Source: Candidatus Magasanikiibacteriota bacterium (GTDB taxonomy: Bacteria; Patescibacteriota; Patescibacteriia; Magasanikbacterales; 2-02-FULL-50-9b). From it: a DNA stretch of 35,330 nucleotides. The DNA lies in NCBI GenBank assembly GCA_026396555.1, contig JAPLWO010000061.1, positions 1 through 35,330 of the forward strand. Direction: 5' to 3'. This document shows, one piece after another, positions 22,959 through 31,000 of this stretch. A program made the translations under genes and the position numbers. The notes beneath the pieces are model-generated. The model was not told where the DNA came from, did not search any database, and saw only the letters and a list, made by a program, of their open reading frames with translations. How positions within the stretch are numbered: position 1 is the stretch's first letter; each line of letters opens with the position of its first letter.

Positions 22959-23987
22959 ATGACGCCCCAAAAAGCACTTATCCACTACCCACTCGGCCGC
23001 GTTTCGGCCATCACTCCAATTTCAGTCGGACTCATTCACGAAACGTATCACGTCGAAGCGATCGACCCGTCGACTGGTAAAATTGCACCGTTTATTTTAC
23101 AACGATTGCATACCGCACTTGCATCACCGAGCGTGACGGAAGATTATTTTGCTATCACTGAGCATTTGGCAGCAGCAGGAGTTACAACGCAGAGAGTTTT
23201 ACGAACTAAGACAGGCGAAATTACGTTAACCGATGATGTTGCAGGGCGCCGCTGGCGATTGATGGTGTTTGTGCCGGGCCAGGTTTTTTCTGTGGTTGAT
23301 TCTGCAGCGCGTGCGCGAGCGGTTGGGGCTAGTGTTGGAGTGTTTCATGGGGCACTGGCTAATTTAAAATATAAATTCAAGTCTAAATTAGCGCTTCATC
23401 CGTATGACACGTCTAAATTTTACAAGGATTTTGTGCGCGTAACGAAAAAGTTTGCGAAAGATCTTCTTATGACGCCGGATATTCGTCGCGACGTCGATTT
23501 TTTGTTGGCCGAGATTCCGAAGTTGGCGCTGCCCGCAGGATTGTCGACGCGAATCGTACATGGCGATTTAAAAATTACGAATTTCGTGTTTGATGAGACG
23601 GGAAAAAATGTTCGTGCAATTATTGATTTGGATACGTGCGCGCGATTCCCTGTGTTGTTGGAGCTTGGCGATGCGTTACGTTCTTGGTGTGGACATGTGG
23701 AAGACGATCCACGGAATAAGTTCGATGGTGCGAAATACCGAGCTGCAGTTGAAGGTTACATAGGTGCGGCGCCACGCGGATTTTTGAGTGCTCATGAGCG
23801 AAAATTATTGCCTCGTGCAGTGAAATTGATTATCTTAAATCTGGCATCGCGTTTTTTGAAAGATTATTTTGAGGACAGTTATTTTGGTTTTGATACGAAA
23901 AAGTACTCGACTCGTCGCGCGGCGAATTTGGCTCGTGCTCGTGGACAAATCGCATTGTATCGAGACGCAGTGAAAAAATTGGCTTAA
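22959..23987 (+). CDS. APH/choline-kinase-like phosphotransferase family protein
   Basis: Catalytic loop IVHGDLKITNFVF (HxDxxxxN) and metal-binding IIDLDT. Length is about 340 aa. Divergent from the T4SS-like operon. Confidence 0.8.
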   Translation: MTPQKALIHYPLGRVSAITPISVGLIHETYHVEAIDPSTGKIAPFILQRLHTALASPSVTEDYFAITEHLAAAGVTTQRVLRTKTGEITLTDDVAGRRWRLMVFVPGQVFSVVDSAARARAVGASVGVFHGALANLKYKFKSKLALHPYDTSKFYKDFVRVTKKFAKDLLMTPDIRRDVDFLLAEIPKLALPAGLSTRIVHGDLKITNFVFDETGKNVRAIIDLDTCARFPVLLELGDALRSWCGHVEDDPRNKFDGAKYRAAVEGYIGAAPRGFLSAHERKLLPRAVKLIILNLASRFLKDYFEDSYFGFDTKKYSTRRAANLARARGQIALYRDAVKKLA

Positions 23988-24012
23988 TTTGGGCTTAAAA
24001 GCGGCTTTCCTA

Positions 24013-24041
24013 TTGACAAAAAGGCTTTTTCGTGCTACTCT
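24013..24041 (+). promoter_or_regulatory. Candidate promoter TTGACA-N17-TACTCT, overlapped by the palindrome CTCTTAA-T-TTAAGAG (24038-24052)
   Basis: TTGACA at 24013-18, a 17-nt spacer, TACTCT at 24036-41. A 15-nt perfect palindrome spans the -10 box and start site. It lies about 85 nt upstream of the lipoprotein ATG. Confidence 0.35.
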
Positions 24042-24127
24042 TAATTTAAGAGTGAAGCACCTAAACTGGTGTAGAAACTCGGCATTCAGCCACAGATCCA
24101 CAGCATCCAAGCTGTGAGGAGGTCATC

Positions 24128-24982
24128 ATGAAGACGACAACGACGATGGCTGCCCTCGTGGCAGTTGCGATGGTTCTGGCTCTCGGCGCGTGCAGCGGTT
24201 GCAGCGCGGTTGCGGGGGGCGGCGATGCGACCAACGACACGATCGGTACGGGCGACGCAGGTTCGGACGACTCCACAGGCGACGCGACCCTCTACGGCGA
24301 CATCGCCGGTCAGGGCGACGCGGTCCACAACGACACGGTCGGTGGGGATGACGGAACGAATTCAGACGCGACGGACGCGGCTACGACGATCAAGATCGGC
24401 GATCCATGCGTTTACGGTGCGCCGAATACGTGCGCTCTGGACGGCAAGTACCTCGTGATCGCTCAATGTAACTCCATTGATGAAACATGGGGTATCAAGG
24501 CGTTCTGCACCGAGTTTGACTCCTGCAAAAACGGCGCGTGCGTCCACAATCCCGCCACTTGTCCGCTTGCAGGCTACCCGGAAACGACGGAGACGCTCGT
24601 GGTCGATGGCATCGAGTACTGCGTTCCGCCGGGCAACAGCATGATCAAGCGCGCGCTCCTGACGATCAGTCAGAGTATGGGTATTCCGCCCAACGGGTCG
24701 TGCAGCGGTCCATTTAACTCTGATCCTGGTAAGTGCACCATCAACTTTGAACTCATGGGTATCGGAAAAACAGGGCTCTTCGTGTTCGAATACACGTTTC
24801 CAAATAAACCCAACGTAGCTTCGCGTATCGTAATCACGGCATGTGATGAAAAAAAACAGCGCTGTGTTGGTCAGCATTACCCAGATGACAATGGCTCGCC
24901 GGGAACTGTGGTCATCGACCTCAATACAAGCACGATTGATTTAGGAGATCTGGGTTTTCTCTATCAGCTGCTCCTCAAGTAG
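24128..24982 (+). CDS. Lipoprotein with an acidic Gly/Asp/Thr-rich linker and a Cys-rich C-terminal domain
   Basis: Strong SD GAGGAGG at 24115-24121. Signal peptide with lipobox LALGAC. Reiterated GDA/GDD units (24220-24385). Ten or more Cys in the C-terminal half. Confidence 0.75.
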   Translation: MKTTTTMAALVAVAMVLALGACSGCSAVAGGGDATNDTIGTGDAGSDDSTGDATLYGDIAGQGDAVHNDTVGGDDGTNSDATDAATTIKIGDPCVYGAPNTCALDGKYLVIAQCNSIDETWGIKAFCTEFDSCKNGACVHNPATCPLAGYPETTETLVVDGIEYCVPPGNSMIKRALLTISQSMGIPPNGSCSGPFNSDPGKCTINFELMGIGKTGLFVFEYTFPNKPNVASRIVITACDEKKQRCVGQHYPDDNGSPGTVVIDLNTSTIDLGDLGFLYQLLLK

Positions 24983-25002
24983 TTTGACGTTCACGCCACT
25001 GC

Positions 25003-25058
25003 ACCGCAGACATATCTTTCTGAGATAACAACTCAAAGATCTGTATGCGGTCTTTTTT
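25003..25058 (+). terminator. Long-stem rho-independent terminator between convergent genes
   Basis: ACCGCAGACA...TGTATGCGGT with an inner ATCTTTcTGAG/CTCAAAGAT stem, followed by CTTTTTT. The T-run overlaps the TAA stop (25057-25059) of the giant minus-strand gene. Confidence 0.55.
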
Positions 25059-28000
25059 ATTCTTTTACAATAATATAGCCCTGGAATGGAGAGGCAGCAT
25101 TTCCATTTTTAGTAAGGTCACATTTTGTGCTATCAGCTGAAGAATCAGCCCAATACCCCACCGCATTTCCATTCGCATCAACACCATTACAAATCCCCCA
25201 ATTATCCATCAGCTGAACTTTTGGTTTAAATGCACAGAATTTCTCGCCAATATTCACAATATTTTGAAGATGAAACTGACTGATTAAAGGCCCTGTTGCT
25301 TCAACAGCGACGCCCGTTGAACTTGCTAAACTTTTTCCACCACAATCAGACGTGTATCTATATGCATGTGCAAATTGAAAGTAACCTTGTTCACACGCAC
25401 CTGCATCATTAATGCCATCTCCGCCCCATGAACCAAACGACCACTTTTTTGCATTAGGTGTTGGAGCACAGCTTCCTGTAACAACACCTGCGGAATTAAC
25501 GCAGTCTTTGTCTGTTGCACAAGTTGTATTGTAATCAACCACGCCCGCAAACGTACACGCAGTCGCCGGTTCCGTTGGAGTCGAACAAATAGGTTTATGG
25601 TTTCTAAATAATCCCTGTTTGGAAACCGCTGCACCCCCCGCATCGCCCCAATCAATTGTCACTCTTTGAATCGGCAAGTGATTGCGATCTGCTGATCCAT
25701 AGAATTTGAGTGTTGCACCCACAGATCCTTGACCTGCCACCACAGCGGTATCACCATTTTTTCCATTAATGGTCATGTCATTTTTTCGTGCAACGCGGCA
25801 AGTTCCACTTTGTACGCCCGTGCAAGAATCAGCATCAAGCGCATACACTGTTGGAGGCGCTGATATACCTGTTGCAGTTGTGTCCATAGTTAACCCTGGT
25901 GTATTTTCAGCCGATCCACTATACGCATAAAACCTAGCAAATAATTGATGGAGCGCACTTACGCCTGTAGTAAACGAGATTTTCGCTGCAGCATTTCCAT
26001 TCTCAGCACCCAAACAAAGTCCTGGACCATATTCGCAACTGTAAGCTCGTGCACCAACTGATGGAATATCAACCCTTTCTTTCCCAACATAAACAAGATC
26101 AAAAGGCGTTTGCTGCGCCGTAATAACAGATCCAAAATATTGTGATGCAAACGGAATAAATGCGTCAGATCCTTGAGCTGGCAATATAATTCCATTTTCA
26201 TTAAGCGCCAATCCCATTTCGTGATTTGTATTTTTATTCGGTGCTTGCCACAAATTATTTGTCTGCGCAGCATTTTGACCGTTTAAATCCGTTTGAACAG
26301 CCTCTGTACAACGATCAGTTAAATTAATCTTGAATTTCCAGCCAGCTTTTATCGGATTTGTTCCACCAAAAATAGCAGTTCCATCGCAAGACCCTGCAAC
26401 GAGCTCTGGAGCACTAACCAAACCACTCTTTATAATCAAATTAAGTTCGTAAACACGCTCATTGCCTCTAAATGCCATGCCCGCAGACCCAGCGCCCAAA
26501 TCAGTACAATCACCACCAGACGGACCCATTGATTTTTGAATAAAGTCAGTTCCGTTTAGACCTACAAAATCATGTATTAACATTCCATTATAGAACAGCG
26601 CAGACTGGAATGGACTATTTTGATAATTATGATTAACGATTCTCAAAAACCACACCTGATTTGCATATGGCGGGGCTTGCGGATTTCCGCCCATATCAAA
26701 ATTCGACAACAAAGTTTCAATTTCATCGTTATCAACAATTTCAGTGTGCTTTATAACCCCTGTCACTGCTTGTGCCGCAGGTTCATCAATACCATTTAAG
26801 CTCGCCGCTTGCGCAGTATTTTGCTCGCCACGAGAGCAAGAAAAATATTTCTTAACATCCACATCACCATTTCCTCCAAAATAATTATTACCTACACGCA
26901 CTGCTTTACTCAACGTCTTAAGTACATCAGATTGAATGCCAGACAATGCTGACGGATCAAGAAAATCAAAATATTGGTTTGATCCAGCATCTTTTGGTTC
27001 ACGAACCAAGCAATCACCCGTAACGCTTCCCGCAAGTGGCTCTGTTTTTTTTGTTTCATCTACCCAACCGCCATTAACATAAGATCGGATAACACCGTCA
27101 TCCTTAATAATCATCTTATATCCTTGTGGAAAAAATGAATTTTCTGCCGTCGCTTCAATTTCAATTGAATCAATATCAGAGCTATGGGTATCTACAGGTA
27201 ATTGAGCCGCTCCCAACTCTGTCGAGTAATTCACCGGAGCATCAGCAAGAACACTGTACTTTAATTCAGGAAGTGCGTATGAAAATGAAAGTTTACCCGC
27301 AGCATCCGCTTTACCCTTTCCACTGGTTGCCAAACAATACATACGGCCCTGGCCGAGCGGACCAACACTAAATCCTGCACTCGAATACTGATTATATAAA
27401 TCTGTGCTTCCCACATCAATCGGCAGCCACGTCTGACATGCACGTTCATTATTGTTACCATTTAAATGCGTTCGAAAATCTTGCTCAAGACAATATCCTT
27501 CCCAACCCATCACCTTCGTCTCCTTGGTTTTGAACTGACACGTTCCATCTTCTGGCGAATAATGATAGCTCGCATCGCTGCCAACAGCCGTCGCGTCTGT
27601 CGTTGCGCCCGCCGTAATATCCTTAATCTTTAATACACGCTCATCAATACAATCAAAATTACTTGAACATGAAAGCCCTTTCTTAGAAACTGCCAAATTA
27701 GGTTTTGCCACCTGCCCCTCTTTATCGCCGGCAACATACCAACCGCCATCACACACACCAGGTTTAATTGGTGAATTTGCCGTGTCATAATAATGAGTCG
27801 TGTTTCCTTGACCATATACAACTTTCGTATAACTACACTCACAAGAACCATTTGGAACACTCGCAGGATCAAGATCGCTAAAGCCCTGAATCTTTAAAAA
27901 ATCACTAAACGAAGTCCATGTATTCTTACCCGAAGTTGAACCGCCCGTATATTTCAACACCACGGAACGATAGGGCGCACAAATATTAACGCGTTCAAAT

Positions 28001-31000
28001 CCAGGCACAGTGGATTCAGGCGCACCAAACGAAAGTTTGCCTGAACGAATTCCCACTTCTTGTGGAAATGGCGAATCCTGTTCTGGATATCCCCGACAGC
28101 TTGATTCCACAAAACCCGTTGACGTTAGCGCATTTGCAGCAATATCTGTTCTAAATCCATCGAGTGGATACCAACATTTTGATTTTTGACAAATACCACC
28201 TGACCCGATTCCACTTCCGAAACTTGACACGATCATGTCGCCTGCTTCTTTTGAATTAAAGACATCGGCGATACAGAATTTGCCATCATGAGATAGCTGC
28301 GTGCAACCAGCGAAACTCGTTTGTGAATACCATTTATACTTTGTCGCAACAAATCCAGCACCCACCACTAATTTTCCCTGCGTTCCATCCGGGCTAAACC
28401 ACCCAATCGCATCAGGCTGAAATTTATTCCACAATGAATATCCGCTATACTCATTTCCATACCAACCAATGTTTCGGTCCACGTAATTATTCGTGCTCAG
28501 CGGCATCGCATTCGTAATGTCTTCAGTTGTCGGAACTGTATGACTCTTCGTCACCCAGTTCGCACACTGACCAATCGTGTTTGCATCTGTAGACGATTTA
28601 TCACACACACCCAAATCCGTACAAACCTGTTTGTACTTTTGCGTTGCTGGATCAAATTCAGAAATCGAGCTTTGACATGCAAGCCACTGATCACACGTGC
28701 GATCAGGCTGAACTTTTACAATCGTATTTGCATCCGCAAAACCTGAACAAATCTTCTTTAAATTATTGAAATTCGTTGCAAGTTGCGTCTGAACTGAATT
28801 GCTTAAACAATTCCCCGCAATCGGCCCACACCAGCCGCTTCCTGAATTCTGACATGCTGCATTATATTTTGTTAATTGTGTATCACAATCAGTCGCGGTA
28901 AATAATCCGATTGAATTTGCTTCCTTACAAACACCGTAATAATCCGTAGCCGGGAGCGCAGTTGTGTCTGCAACTGGAGTCACCAAACCACCATCTGTTC
29001 GAATGTCAGCAGCTGCGACTTGTGCATAGCTGAGCATCGCTGGACAGTCAGGATCAATCGTCGGATCTGATTTACAATATGACAACATGGTCGCCTTATC
29101 GCGCGCAGACTTCGATGTATCATCAAGTGCAACGCAGCCTGCTTTTAACCCGACCTGTCCACCACAAGATGTTGTATCAAGACGACTATTCTTCAAGAAA
29201 TAATATGAGCGTCCGCCTTTAACACCTTCAAGCTTATCCGCATGATCAATAAATTCAGTACACTGATCATACGTTGGAGTACACAAACCAACCACGCCTG
29301 TATACGCAGCATCCTGATTTTTATAAATTCCATAATAATTTCCACCAGAAACAAAACTCGCATAACACGGTTGATCTGTTCCCGACTTAAACCAACCAGA
29401 ATACGTCACACCTGATTTATCTACCCCGTCGCGATATTCGCATTGTTTATCTGCGGCTGGATATTTAAAGAAGCGCTGCTGTTGATCACTCGTCGTAAAT
29501 GTCTGGCACCATTCTTCTTCCTGTTTACATGATGTCGCAGAATAATTGTCAGGATTATTTATTCTAAACGTTGTTTCTAACGCACCTTTTGTAACAATGC
29601 CAAGTGCACTACATCCTTTTTTATCCGCAGGACATGATGCTGCGCTATTTGCAACAACATACACGAATTTATCAGCAGGAACAATTTTACTTACCGCACC
29701 AAACGAAACAGTAAGCGGCGTGACCTGCGCAGTGTTTTGAGTGTTAACAAACTGTTTACAACCTGCGACTTCAGCACGACATAGCCCCGTAAACCCAGTC
29801 AAATATACTTCTGTTGCACCAGAAGTAGACTGTGGTGTGTACTGATGACAATTTAATGCAGGGCCTGGAATGCTGTCATTTGGCGTTGGATCACATGTCA
29901 GTGGCGTTTTCCATGAGTTTTTTACCACGTACACAACGTCCGCTTGTTCTTTTACGACGATGTTATCGATAAAAATATTTGGTGCATTTCCAACAGGTTG
30001 AAAAATTAAGTTTGCCGCACCATCGCTCCACGGATTTACTGCAGTACTCACTTCAAAACGACGCCATTCTGGACTTACGGTCACTGCATCGGCATTTAAT
30101 TGAACTGTGTTTGGTGTTTGTGATGAGCTAAAAAATGAAACATTAACGCCTCCGGTTCCTTTTGCCCAAAATACAATATCATAAGTTTTACCTTTCAAAA
30201 CCGAAACCGAATGGTGCGCATTTGCATCGACAATTTTCAACACAGTATCACCCACTGTGATACCTTCATTTGAAATCGTGCCACCCAACCACCCATCAAT
30301 ACCAACAAACGATTCGTTCATGACAATTTTTGGACTGAGCGCTGCTGCGCCATTAAACGCGCGACAACCAGAATCTGCCTTCTTACAGCTCTGAGAACCG
30401 CTTGGTAAAATTCCATATTCACATGCACCCGTTGTCGCATCAAACGTTCCATGGCTCGCAACACAATTATTCTGATCTGACGCTAATTTACGGAATTGCG
30501 TACAGCTTGCAGATGCGATGATTGTTTTTGATAACAAACGATAACTTGCAATACCATTTTTATCAAACAATTCACGGCAATCCGAATTAAATGCTGGATT
30601 TGGCTGTCCGTTCAAAATACGGCCTTCATAAATTGTTTTGCTGCACGCAGCATTAAACGAAGCGAGCTCAGTCGAATCTACATAATCATAATGCGGCGTT
30701 GTATCTGCATCAACCTGCAAATCATGTTGGTGTAATTGATAGCCTGTTTTATCAGAACCTTCCCATGAGTAAAACAAGCCGTGATTATTTCCATCGTTGG
30801 TAATACATTTTTGAATATTTGCAAAATATTTTGTATCCCCACCACCTTTTTCTGTTGAATCAATATTTGTATATGTATCGCAGCCCACAACATCTTGAGA
30901 ACATTGTTGTGATGACGCTGGAATAAACGCTGCTGACGAAGATTGAAGCGGCTCTGTTTGTGTGGGCGCTTGATAATACGAAGCGTATCCCACACACTCG

